From positions 28,582,001 to 28,646,000 of the forward strand of contig OX597833.1 in the NCBI GenBank assembly GCA_951406725.2: 64,000 bases of DNA, in the 5' to 3' direction. Origin of the DNA: Octopus vulgaris. Its lineage: Eukaryota. Shown here one piece after another: positions 38,683-50,649 of the stretch; the stretch's first letter is position 1; every line of letters starts with the position of its first letter. The notes below the pieces were generated by a model. It was not told the DNA's origin, made no database searches, and worked only from the letters and a program-made list of their open reading frames with translations. The translations under genes and the position numbers were made by a program.

Positions 38683-39732
38683 TCTGGTCGCATGCCTGAT
38701 GGCTAAGCGTGAACAGAGAAGCAATTACAGAGGGCAAAATTTCTATGGGAAAATCATCGGGAGTAGGGTTTCTAGTAGAGTCTGAGAGGTAAGACAGTAT
38801 CGGTGCTGATAGACAGAGAGGCGTGTGGAACTGAGCAGGGGGATAGTTCAGTTAAGGAAAACCATTATAATAGCGAGAGGTAATTCTTAAAGTTAGTTGA
38901 GTGGCCTTTTGCATGTGGACCCAGATATTTGTGTATTATGAAAACATTTTCATTTGCTGTGTCATGGCACACCTCGTCCTAGTTTTTATAGTACCTTTGA
39001 TAGTTCTTTTAATCGTGTGTTTATTGTAAATGAATATTTGTACTGTTGAATGAGTCAAGGGTGTCATACCTTCAGTGAAGGGTACTGTCAAGATCTCTGT
39101 TCATGCTGTGAAATTTTTGTTGATATTTTGTCCTGGGTTCTCTTTGATCAAGTAAACCTACGGTCAAAATGTATTCTAGCCGTGACCGCCCTGTATATTT
39201 CTGTTTATTTTTCAGGTGTAGTGTATTTAAAAACACATTGTCCATTGTGTTCTTTTTAAAAGAGTAGAGTTGTGATTCGCGGGAGATTTGGTTGCTATTG
39301 TCGGGCGACCACGTCGTAGAAGGCATCCTCATTGATGCCTTCTACGTGGAAGATAGAGAAAGAGTGAAGTGTAGTATCATTTCTATAAAAGCACGTGTTG
39401 TTAGAAGAGACAAGTCTGGTCGGGTGCCTGGCGGCTAAACGTAGACACAAACGATTATAGAGGGCAAATTTTCTATGGGAAAATCATCGGGAGTAGGTTT
39501 TCTAGTAGAGTCTGAGAGGTAGGACAGTATAAGTGCTGATAGACAGAGAGGCGTGTGGAACTGAGCAGGGAGATAGTTCAGTTAAGGAAAACCATTATAA
39601 TAGCGATTGGAGAGGTCAAGAGGAATAACAAGCCTGGGAATTCTTAAGTTGAAGGGCCTTTTGTATGTGGACTCAGAAATTTGTGTATAAAGCAAACGTT
39701 TTCAGTTGTTGTGTCATGGCATACTTAGTCTT
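38683..39732. repeat. Direct duplication of about 300 bp (38683-38980 and 39415-39732)
   Basis: Both copies contain tctatgggaaaatcatcgggagtagg...gctgatagacagagaggcgtgtggaactgagcaggg...accattataatagcga. Confidence 0.85.
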
Positions 39733-40664
39733 CAGCTGTCACACACATTTTTGAGGCGTGTCGAAAAATTCCAGGACATTTAGAAAACTTGAGTGTATTT
39801 TTTTAAATATACCACAGAGCAGAAATGTACAGAAATATTGATGATGTAGACATTATTACTGATCCCTGAAGTACGAGCGCCAAAGACACTGTGTCTTAAG
39901 GCATAACAGAGTTGGGCAGAATCTGGGTCGGGGGAGGCTTCGTCAATACCCGCTGCAATGCTACTAAGGTATGACAGAAAGCTTATGATCCAGGAAATAA
40001 GAGATGGTTGAGGGTAACTTAAGAGAAAGTGTGTGTGACAGAGAGACAAGGAAAAGGAGTGTGTGTGAGAGAGAGAGAGAGAGAGAGGTTTGGCAAAGCT
40101 ACAATCTCGTCATGACGCATAGTGAAAGTGAAGAGGCTGATCTTGTCACAGATTGTCTTCTGAAATGATCGGTGCAGTATTCGCAGTTAGCGACTAAGAG
40201 TATGTGGCGATGATCTGGAGACAAAGAGAAAGTTTTGGGGTAATTTTATTGAGTATGTGTCATGTTGAATTGCAAGTGGGGTGATGGATTCTCACTGTGC
40301 TACTGATTGGTGGCGGTTCTTTTCGCGAGGAATCTCAGGGTCCCCTTGATAATTTGGTAAGTGGGAAAGCTTGTCGCATATGACATGTACAAATATATCT
40401 TTTGAATTTTTGATTATAGTCTAGTAGGTGCTGTGATAGTCGGTAAAATTTTACTCTATTAGTGGGTGACATCTAGAAATATAGGCGGTATTCTTTGCCT
40501 ATACTGTAATGAGCAAACAATTTGGTGGTTTTTTATTGTGAGCTTTGGTGGTGGCAGAAGTGTGATGGGCACTGGATATTAAGTTCTATGTTAAAAATTT
40601 ATTGGCATATATTAATGCATGTTTATGCTCCGAGCAAGATACGACAGGTAACCATGCATTTATT

Positions 40665-40936
<272 letters not shown>

Positions 40937-41039
40937 CATACATACATATGTATATACATATATGCATGTGACCTCGTGTGTACCGTTGACGATTTTTTTT
41001 CCCTCTGTCTTCCCTTCTCTGGATCTTTCCTTCTCCTAT

Positions 41040-41074
41040 GTTTCCGACGAAGAGCTCCGCTCGAAACGTTAAAC
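41040..41074 (+). ncRNA. Minimal hammerhead motif in a Penelope-type terminal repeat fragment
   Basis: gttt-CCGACGA-a-gagc(tcc)gctc-GAAAC-GTT-aaac; the core has U4>C. Confidence 0.55.
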
Positions 41075-41168
41075 CCTCCTTCTTTCCTTCTTTCCTGAGC
41101 GTCCAATAATACTATATTTGTTCCACGTCCTCGCGTTGTTGTGTTTTTTTGTGCTTTCTTGTTTGGAT

Positions 41169-41209
<41 letters not shown>

Positions 41210-41225
41210 ACACACATACATACAG

Positions 41226-41276
<51 letters not shown>

Positions 41277-41304
41277 ATTGAGATTCAAGTGAATTCTAAT
41301 GAAT

Positions 41305-41390
41305 CTCGGTACAATTGTTTCGTACGAGGACATCTTTAATAAGCTACAAAAAATGCAATAAATACAGATGGCTCCTACTCGTCAGCCGAA
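41305..41390 (-). ncRNA. Type I hammerhead ribozyme motif (minus-strand copy)
   Basis: Reverse complement of 41888-41973, with one mismatch in stem II (gtaggag/ctcgtac). Confidence 0.7.
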
Positions 41391-41887
41391 AAAACATCAA
41401 AGAATTCCCAAACATCAAAAGGGGTAGATTCAAATGAGGGTGTAAGATTAACTGCATTGAAGAAAGTTCGATTCCTGGAGATCCGATGAAAGGTCTTAAA
41501 CTTACAGAATTTGTGCATGTCTATATATAGCTCATATTGAATTGTTAATCAAGTTATGTGAAGAAATATCGGATCTCCAGGAATCGAACTTATCTGTGAT
41601 TCTTGTAAATTTAGTCACTTTGCTTCTTACTCGGATTTTCCTCTACACGATATGACAGTCACTTTGCTTCTTACTCGGATTTTCAGAAATTTCGCATGAC
41701 TGTATCCGAAATTTCTTCACATAACTTGATTAACAATTCAATATGAGCTATATATAGACATGCACAAATTCTGTAAGTTTAAGACCTTTCATCGGATCTC
41801 CAGGAATCGAACTTTCTTCAATGCAGTTAATCTTACACCCTCATTTGTATCTACCCCTTTTGATGTTTGGGAATTCTCTGATGTTTT

Positions 41888-41973
41888 TTCGGCTGACGAG
41901 TACGAGCCATCTGTATTTACTGCATTTTTTGTAGCTTATTAAAGATGTCCTCGTACGAAACAATTGTACCGAG
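41888..41973 (+). ncRNA. Type I hammerhead ribozyme motif with intact core
   Basis: Stem I ttcgg/ccgag; CTGACGA at 41893-41899; stem II gtacgag/ctcgtac with a long loop; GAAA at 41957-41960; palindromic stem III ACAATTGT; GUA triplet, predicted cut after 41968. Confidence 0.8.
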
Positions 41974-42204
41974 ATTTTAATCCATTCTTGTTGCTTTTCC
42001 CCTATATATACATATATAATATATAAAGGCGCGGTCAGGTGTGAGTGTGTGGTAAGAAATCTGCTTTCCAACCGCATGCTTCCTAACCATTGCGTGACAC
42101 CTTGGGCAAGTGACTTCCACTATAGCTTCGGGCTGACCAAACCCCTGTGAGTAGATCTCGCAGAAGAAAATTGAAAGAAACCCGTCGTTTATATATATAT
42201 GAAT

Positions 42205-42267
<63 letters not shown>

Positions 42268-42575
42268 GATTCAGTTGAATTAGGTACTTAAGTTGAGGCA
42301 TCAAGTCAGTCCGGTATCGCTGCATTGGATCTTTTGATTGTGATAAGGATAAAGAGGAATGTAGCCATATTACCACTACTCTTTCTTGACCTTCATTGTT
42401 ATTTTCTTCTGCTCCTCTAAATTATAGTAGACTTTAAGTATTTTCTCCCTGAGTTCATTCTGCTACAATAATAGCAGTAAGCAATGTCATTCTTTTATTC
42501 TCTAGTTCTGAGGAAAAGTCTGCTAAAAAATTATAATGAAATATCCTATATGCCGAAAACTTATATATGGTCTTA

Positions 42576-42665
42576 TGCTTCCGAGGAGAGCGGGTTATTT
42601 CAAATTGATGATGTAATGCTTGCATTGATCGATTGAATGGAGCCGCTTGAAATGGCCATAATGTA
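42576..42665 (+). ncRNA. Type I hammerhead motif (degenerate)
   Basis: tgctt-CCGAGGA-gagcgg...ccgctt-GAAA-TGGCCA-TA-atgta; palindromic stem III ATGGCCAT, core U4>C. Confidence 0.55.
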
Positions 42666-42715
42666 CTAATACCTGAACATCCTTGTTACTTATTTGCTTT
42701 ATATAAATATATATT

Positions 42716-43269
42716 AGAAGGTTTGGAGATGATGTACAGGTATTTTATATTAGAAGAAATGAGGTACTCAGAAATTCGGATGGTTTTATATTTACAGATA
42801 TTTATTTGTATATTACATGTTTTTATACATCATATATTAGCGCTTTCGTCCATTCTGGTGGATTTTTCAAATTGAACTAAGTTCCTGTGGAAAAAGTTTT
42901 TGACCATTTTATAGTATTATTGAGTGTGTAGTGGTGGGGAGGGATATAAGATAGTACAAGAGGGTGATGAATGGGGAGAAAGTGAGAGAGAGAGCATGTG
43001 TGTGTGTGTGCGTGTGTGTGTTTTTGTATCTGAAAATGGTGTTAGAGAAAAAGAAGGGAAGGAAGAAAAGGGAGAGAAAGAAGACCATAAATTATATTTC
43101 CTTTTTATCATTGTCTTGTGTGTTAAGGAGGAATGGTCAAGTTGTTAAGAGTAATCAGTGCCACTTCTGTTTTTATTTTTTTTTTGCAACTGTAAATGGC
43201 TTTTGGTTTTTAGAAATTGGCCATTTCAAAAAAGAATCGTCTGGAATTCTTTTTATTATTGTTTTGTGA

Positions 43270-43306
<37 letters not shown>

Positions 43307-43896
43307 CGTGCGTGTGTGTGTGTGTGGGGGGGTGCCTGTGAATCTGGAAGGGGTGCCGTTGGAGAAGGGAAGAAAGAAGAAAAAGATGAAGAAGAAATAA
43401 TTGTATTGATATTTATACCACTATTCAGTTCTTTCAATCCAATGTTTGATTCCTGTGCTTACATGGGATGGAAAATCTGGATTACAAAAACAGGTTTGTT
43501 TTATTCCCATTTTAAAAGTCAATTTGCTTTGGTGATCAGCAAGAATATAGAATAATATACAGTGTACTAAGTGCTACACTATGTTTGTTAAATTATAAAT
43601 TGAAAGATTTGTCCTTCAATGTATGATGAGCAAAATTTCATAAGGTCCATACTTGAAAAAGAGACTTTCTTGTGTTGAAGTTACAGATGACAGAATACAA
43701 ACCGACAACAACTGAGTCTGTTGTCTGATCTTCAATTGATTTAGTCTAATATCTCACTGATTGACAGCTAAATAAATATTAAGTTTTATCCTACAGAAGC
43801 AACTGGTTCCACAAATTAAAGTAAAATGGTTTCATTCAAATATTAGAATATCATTTGTTCAATGTTGTATTTTCGAAAACCAAAACATATGTGTAG

Positions 43897-43964
<68 letters not shown>

Positions 43965-45344
43965 AATACAATTTATTTTGCAAATCTGGTCCTTCATCTG
44001 GTACAGCTTATTATAGAGATATTTTCAGCCATTCAATTTGGGGGAGAACTTAGTTATGAAGTATTTTTCCATAATCCTCCTGAAGGAGGTGTCATTCTTT
44101 GGACATTTGTAGAAGGGAAAGATCTTAAATTTTCTTTCTCCACATGTATCTAGGTGTTTACTCAGTGGTATCTTGCGCAGTTCTTCCCGTCGGACATGTT
44201 GTCGGTGAATCCTGGCTCGTTGGCATAAAGAATTTCCAGTTTCACCTATGTAATCCTCCTTGCACGTGGGGCAAGTTATGCAGTATATTACATTCTGCGT
44301 CTTGCAGTTCATATCTGCATTTATTTTGAATATGTGACCACTTTTAAATTTCATTTCTTTGTCTCCCTCTATGTATTTGTAGGAGGGGGCTACTGCAGAT
44401 CCCACATCTACCATCTCCGCACTCTTTTACAAAGAATTCAGTTTTAGTTTCTGATGAGAATTTCGCTCTTGTTAGTTGTTTCTTCAGGTTTTTGTCTTGT
44501 CGTCTACTGTTTTTTATGCAATATTTGTTTAGTATGTCTTCCATTTTGGGGCTTTGTAAGACTATTGGTAGGTTTGAATGTATGATTTGAAACATGTTGG
44601 TAACTCCAGGGTTGTGTGTGTTTATGAAAGGGATAATGTTTTCTTTGTTTTTTGTTTTGGATGTCCTGAGTTGTGTGATGTCTAGTTTCATTGCTCTTGA
44701 GATTCCATTTTTTATTAGTTTAAGGGGGTAGTTTTTGTTCTAGTAGGAAGTTTTTAAGTTCATGTAGTCTTATCAGGCGTGTTTGTGAGTCAGTTACTAT
44801 GCTGCATATGCGTCTTGCCATACTATATGGGATGTTTCTTTTTAAGTGGGATGGGTGGCAGGAGTAGAAATTTAAATATTGGTGTGTGTCGGTATTTTTG
44901 TTGTGGATGTCTGTTGTGATGATGGAGTTGTGTATCTTGATGTTGATGTCTAGGAAGGGAAGTTCGTTGTGGCTGGTATCTATTGTGAAGTTGATAGATG
45001 GGTGCAGTGTGTTGAGGATGTTGTGGAATGTTCGTAGGTCTTCTTCTGATCTGTTCCAAAAGATGAAGCAGTCATCGAGGTAGCGTTTCCACTTTTTCTT
45101 GATGTCTTCTCTGAAGTCGTGTTCTTTTTCTCCAACACTACTTTCAGATACAAAAACACACACACGCACACACGCGCGCACACATACATACACATGCTCT
45201 CTCTCTCACTTTCTCCCCATTCATCACACTCTTGTACTATCTTATATCCCTCCCCACCACTACACACTCAATAATACTATAAAATGATCAAAAACTTTTT
45301 CCACAGGAACTTAGTTCAATTTGAAAAATCCACCAGAATGGACG
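42716..45344 (-). mobile_element. 5'-truncated Penelope-like retroelement (RT + GIY-YIG endonuclease) with 3' pseudo-LTR and an inverted partial copy at the 5' junction
   Basis: Frameshifted ORFs 44720-45120 (WKRYLDDCF, LPFLDI, SCHPSH), 44344-44691 (ECGDGRCGIC Cys linker) and 44025-44414 (NVIYCITCPTCKEDYIGETG). 42847-43055 is the reverse complement of 45122-45344. Confidence 0.9.
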
Positions 45345-45379
45345 CAATTTGAAAAATCTAAATATATACATATATATGT

Positions 45380-48300
45380 AATAATGGAAGTCTGTCGGGG
45401 TTCGCCAATGACGTCAGTAATGCCAGAGGTGGGAGCGTAACCCAAAGGCAGACGCGGCAATAAGTTGGGCCCGTAGCAGCAGTAGGGTTGGGGATCCTCT
45501 CTTTTCGGGCTTGTCGCTTCTGGTCCAGGCTCTTGAGACGCTTTTCCTCAAACAGCCTAACACCCTTTTGGACAGCTGGACGCCAGGCGCCGCGGTCAGA
45601 GGCAATCGATTCCCAGCCACTGGCTGAAATGCCGCAGGCCTCAAGGGAAGTATTCAGGCTGTCCTTGTATCGCCTCAGTGGCTTTCCATGGTTTCTTGCT
45701 CCAGAAGCCAGCTCAGAGAAGAAGATCATCTTTGGTAGACGCGCATCATCCATTTGGACTACATGTTCGACCCACCCGAGCTGGGCCTTTATGATGAGGG
45801 CTTCGATCTCGAGCATTTCGGCTCTGCGAAGCACCTCAGTGTTGGAGGCTCTGTCCTCCCAGGAAATTCCCATGATTCGTCGCAAGTAACAGAAGTGGAA
45901 CTGGTCAAGCACTCGCATTTGCCTCTCCTACAGCATCCACGTCCCACAGCCGTAGAGCAGAGAGGTGATGACGACTGACCTATAGACTGTCAGCTTGGTG
46001 GAAAGTCTGATGCCTCATTTGGCCCACACACGTGTCCAAAGTCTGCCAAACGAAGCTCCTGCTTTTGCAAGCATCATAGAGACATCTTTGTCCATGCTGC
46101 AGTTTGAGGACAGGCAGCTTCCCAGGTATGTAAAGCTCTCCACGTTGTTCAGAGTTGTACCCTCAATCTCAATCTGAGGCTCAGGAGGTGTCAGGCTAGG
46201 TGCAGGCTGAAGCATCACTTCAGTTTTTCGCAGGTTAATGGTCAATCCGAAGGCTTTTGCTGCTTCTGCGAGACAAGTGGCAAGTTCCTGCAGGTCTGGT
46301 TCATTCAATGCTGTAAGCGCACAATCGTCTGCAAACTGGAAGTTTCTCACTAGGGCGTCCAGGACTTTGGCTTTTGTCTTCAGACGTCTGAAGTCAAAGA
46401 TTCGGCCGTCACATTTGTTGCGAATAGTGACACCAGCATCAGACTTTGACAGGGCGCGGAAGAGCATGGTGGCAAAGATGAGGATGAGTGTGGAAGCCAT
46501 CACGCAGCCTTGCTTCACGCCATTGGAGACCGGGAATGGATCAGAGATATCTCCGTTTTCCACGATGCGAGCCATCATGCAATCACGAAATGACTGGATG
46601 ATCCATGCAATCATGAAATGACAAGATATCCCACAGGCCCTTTCGGGGGATATCATGTCAAAAACCTTCGTCAGGTCCATGAAGAGGATGTAGAGGTTCT
46701 GGTTTTGTTCTTGGCACTTCTCTTTTATCTGCCGTACTGCAAAGACCATGTCTATTATCCCCTGTTGTTCCTAAATCCACACTGGCTCTCTGAGACCACG
46801 TCATCAAGCAAGTGGTGTGTGATGCGGTTCAGAAAAACACGGGCCATGATCTTTCCACCTCTGTGGTTGTCACATGAAGCTCTGTCCCCCTTGTTCTTAT
46901 ACAGATGCACGATGTTGGCATCCTTGAAGTCCTGCGGCACTGACCCTTCATCCCAGAACTGCTGTATCAGCTCAGTCAACTTGATGGCAACAACTTCACC
47001 TCCCTCTTTGAAGATCTTTGGGGGTATTCCGTCAGGACTAGGTGCTTTCTCCACATGTAGTTGCTTGATGGCCTTCTGGATTTCTGCCAATGTTGGGTCA
47101 TCAAGCGACACCAGGGCTGGGCGCTGTGGAATGTCTTGGATGGCCTGCTGGTCAATCTGGGAAGGTCTGTTTAGCAGCTGACTGAAGTGTTCACCCCAGT
47201 GCTGTTTGATGTCGCTCTTCTCAGTAAAGGTTCCATCGGCAGAGCGCACATGTGCCATTGCATTTAGCGTGGGGCCATACACGTCTTTCAGGCCGGCAAA
47301 GAACTTCTTGGAATTGTGCTCGTCTGCATACTGCTGTAGTTCTGCAGCCTTGTTTTCCCACCACTTGTCTTTCATCTGTCGCAGCTCAGTCTGCACCTTT
47401 CCTCTGATGTTCTTGAGGCGGTCGTGCTTGACTTGGGAGTCTTTGTCATTGAGCCAGGCTGTGAAGGCTTCTTTCTTCTCCTGGAGGAGGGTGGTGATCT
47501 CCTTGTTGTTGTCAAACCAATCTTGTTGTTTCCGTTTTGTGTGGCTTAGAGTAAGGCTGGCACAGTCATACATTGCATCCCGGAAGTTGGCCCAGGCCTT
47601 CTCAAGGTTTCCCTCTGCTGGCAGATGTTCAAGCTGGTTCGCAAGGTTGTCAATGAGGGTCTCTTTTGTTTTTGGTTCATTGAGTTTCTGGACGTCTAGT
47701 TTCTTTTTAACATCAGCTTTCTGGCGTCTATGTCTGCTGACGATGGAAAAGGACAGTCTGCACCTCAACAGCAGGTGATCTGTCCATCAGTCAGCTCCCC
47801 TCATTGCCCTAGTGATGGGAACATCCTGGATGTCACGGTGCCTGGTGATCACATAGTCAATCAGGTGCCAATGCTTGGACCTTGGGTGCATCCAGGTAGC
47901 CTTGTGGATGTCAGGCAGTTGGTACAGGGTACTGGTGGTGGTGAGTCTCTGTTCAGCGCAGAAGGTGAGTATCAGTTGACCGTTGGTATTCTCATGTCCG
48001 ATGCCATGTGGACCGATGGTATCAGGCCAAGACTGGGCATCTTTGCCTACACGCATTGAAGTCCCCGAGTATCAGCTGCTTGTCGTCTTTAGGAAATGAC
48101 CGTAGCACTTTGGTGAGGTTCTGATTGAACAGCTCTCTCTGCTCCAGAGTGTAAGCACTGATGAGTGTCAGGTGCATCTTGCCTTGGAGAGGAATTCTCA
48201 TCACCATCAGGCGGTCGCTGATTCCTCTTGGGAGTGACTCCAGGTTCTTGATGAGGGCGGTGCGAATGATAAAGCCAACTCCTGCTTCCCTGCGTTCATC

Positions 48301-49175
48301 CGGTGCCTCCCCTAACCAAAAGAAAGCGTATCCAGCTCTAGCCTCGGTGATCTCCCCCGTGGCGGCAAGGCGTGTCTCGCTGAGGGCCGCAACATCAATG
48401 CTGTATCTCTGCAGTTCACGACCCACAAGCGCTGTTCGACGTTCTGGCCTGTCACAGTTTTGGTTGTCTATGAGTGTCCTGATGTTCCAGGCTCTAACAC
48501 ATAAAGTGATTTTCCGGTGGGAGGATTTTGGGTTCTTCTTTCGTATTTCTTTCATGTTTCGACCGCGCGGTAGATGACTAGTCAGCTGTGGTATGCTGAC
48601 AGGATGAGATGAGGCAAGCTTTCTTTAGGTCACCTTCCCCCTAAGGAGGGGAGCAGCGCTATCCCTAAAGAGGGCTGCTCCGTCTTCAGAGTGGCTGCCG
48701 AACTATGCCTTTGCCCCGGTAGGCTGCAGAACGACCATCCTGCCCTGACCGCCCGAGTGCAGGTCCACGGCTAGCAGCTCCTAGCGCCATCCTGCACCTG
48801 CCACCGTCAGCACTCGCCCATCGCCTCAGGATTTGGAAGAAGAAGTAGAGGGAGTTGAGTCACTGAATCCTGGACAAGAGAACTGTGGAGGTCTTAGGTT
48901 GCTCAAGCCCAGGAAGCCCCTCTTGGTCCAGCCGATCTAGCCAGGAGGGACGCAGAACGACACATCCTAGCCATGACTGGACTGCAGGCGCTGCCGGAGA
49001 GATGATGGACTTCACCACCTAACCGCCTTAGGGGCTCCACTCCGGATTTGGATACGGTTTACTCCTTAGCTTTTGATTAACCAAAAAAACTTACCCGCAA
49101 GGCAGCGGGAAACCCTTGGAGGGCGGGGACGTCTCACTACCCGTACAGGACCAGAAAGACCAGCCCACTGCCCAT
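45380..49175 (-). mobile_element. Near-full-length RTE/BovB-type LINE (APE endonuclease + RT) with frameshifts
   Basis: WNIRTL...VAALSETR...LILGDFNA (48022-48555), TWMHPRSKHWHLIDYVI (47787-48056), KAPSPDG...ESQCGFR (46755-47768), GVKQGC...FADDC...FTYLGS (46015-46749), C-terminal region 45358-45918. GC-rich 5' UTR of about 600 nt; TA-rich flanks. Confidence 0.93.
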
Positions 49176-49532
49176 ACGATATATATAATTTTATAATAAA
49201 AAAAATTAAAAAAAACAAAACACACTATATACAATACACGCACACACAGAGTCCAAAATGCAACATACACAATACACACACACACAAACACTCCACAAAC
49301 ACACATAGTTGAATGGTCGTTGAGTACATTGTAGCACTTCCGCTCTTTGAAAGGTCTTAATTTTTGTCCCGCAGGGTGTTCAACAAGCACCCACCTCACC
49401 AAGCAAGCCTCGTGGGGTTGCCAGTTTAGTCGCCGACGACCCGACTATAAAACAGGTTGTACTGGGCTACATGGTACTAGTAGCACTCGAGAGCGACCTG
49501 ACATAATACGTACATACATACATACACACACA

Positions 49533-49580
<48 letters not shown>

Positions 49581-49659
49581 ACAAGATTTAGTTGAATAAG
49601 GTACTTAAGGGTAATGCACCTAAATTTTTTTTAATGTCCTTGATTGTTAAATTCATGTA

Positions 49660-49745
49660 TTCATCTGAAGAAAAGGTTTTTTTTTATAATGATATAATGT
49701 ATTCATTGATCAATTAAAAAATTCGTTAGAAACGGCTGTAATGAA
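49660..49745 (+). ncRNA. Type I hammerhead motif (core intact, stem II weak)
   Basis: ttcat-CTGAAGA-...-GAAAC-ggct-GTA-atgaa, with a perfect 5-bp stem I. Confidence 0.6.
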
Positions 49746-50649
49746 CTGACACCTATCCATCAATTGTTAGTTATTTATATTTATATATTTGTGCATGTAT
49801 GTGTGAGTGTGTGTGTGTGTGTGTGTGCGCGCGCGCCTTTGTTTATGTGTTTGTCCCTACCACTGCTTGTCAACCGGTATTGGTTTGTTTACTTCTCCGT
49901 AACTTAGGGGTTTAGGGGTTCGGCAGAAGTGATCAATGGAATAAGTCCCAGGATTTTGAAAGAAATGAATTCTAGGGTTTTGAAAGAAACGAATACAAGG
50001 CAGTGACCCCAGCAAAGCCACAGTCAAAGTAAAAGATAAACAAGGAAAAGATAAAGATATTCGCGCACGCGCGCACACACACACACTCACACACACACAA
50101 TTTCAAAGTTCAGTCAGCCTCAACCAGCGAGGGGAAATGGCTTGTTAGTATGTACCATGCTTTCGTAATGATTTTAGGTGCATAAGGAGTCGCTGGAAGA
50201 AATGGTTACTCTCACGTCCCACTTACTCTTAACCCAGAGGAACGGTCCAGAATGTGACAGTCGCAGGGAGAGAAGACTGCACCAACACCCCTGAGTAGAC
50301 TGGACCAACGTAAAATAATGTCTCATGTGCAAGGACACAACAGATCACCCGATTCAGGAATTGAACGTATGACCATACGACCATGAGCTGAACACTCTTA
50401 ACGCTTAGGTCAAGTGTATCAACGTGCGCGCGTGCACACACACATACATCCTCACACCACACTACACATAAATCCTTTCGTCGTGAAACTTTAAAAAGAC
50501 AGGAATGCATCTTGCTCTCTCTCTCTCCCTCTCCCCCCTCTTTTTTGTCAGAAAAACAAAGATATGTTATCTGGCTCTTATAGCGATAACAATGAATTAT
50601 CAAAGAAAATAAATCTGGCTTTGAATAAAACGTCTGTATACTCTACAGA

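Larger units (their letters stand above)
41302..41976. repeat. Near-perfect 273-bp inverted repeat (41302-41574 / 41704-41976) with a 129-nt spacer
   Basis: The arms are reverse complements with only a few mismatches. Confidence 0.92.

Noticed and set aside
45488-48577. Plus-strand ORFs of 109-190 aa
   Set aside because: Antisense shadows of the minus-strand RTE coding region.
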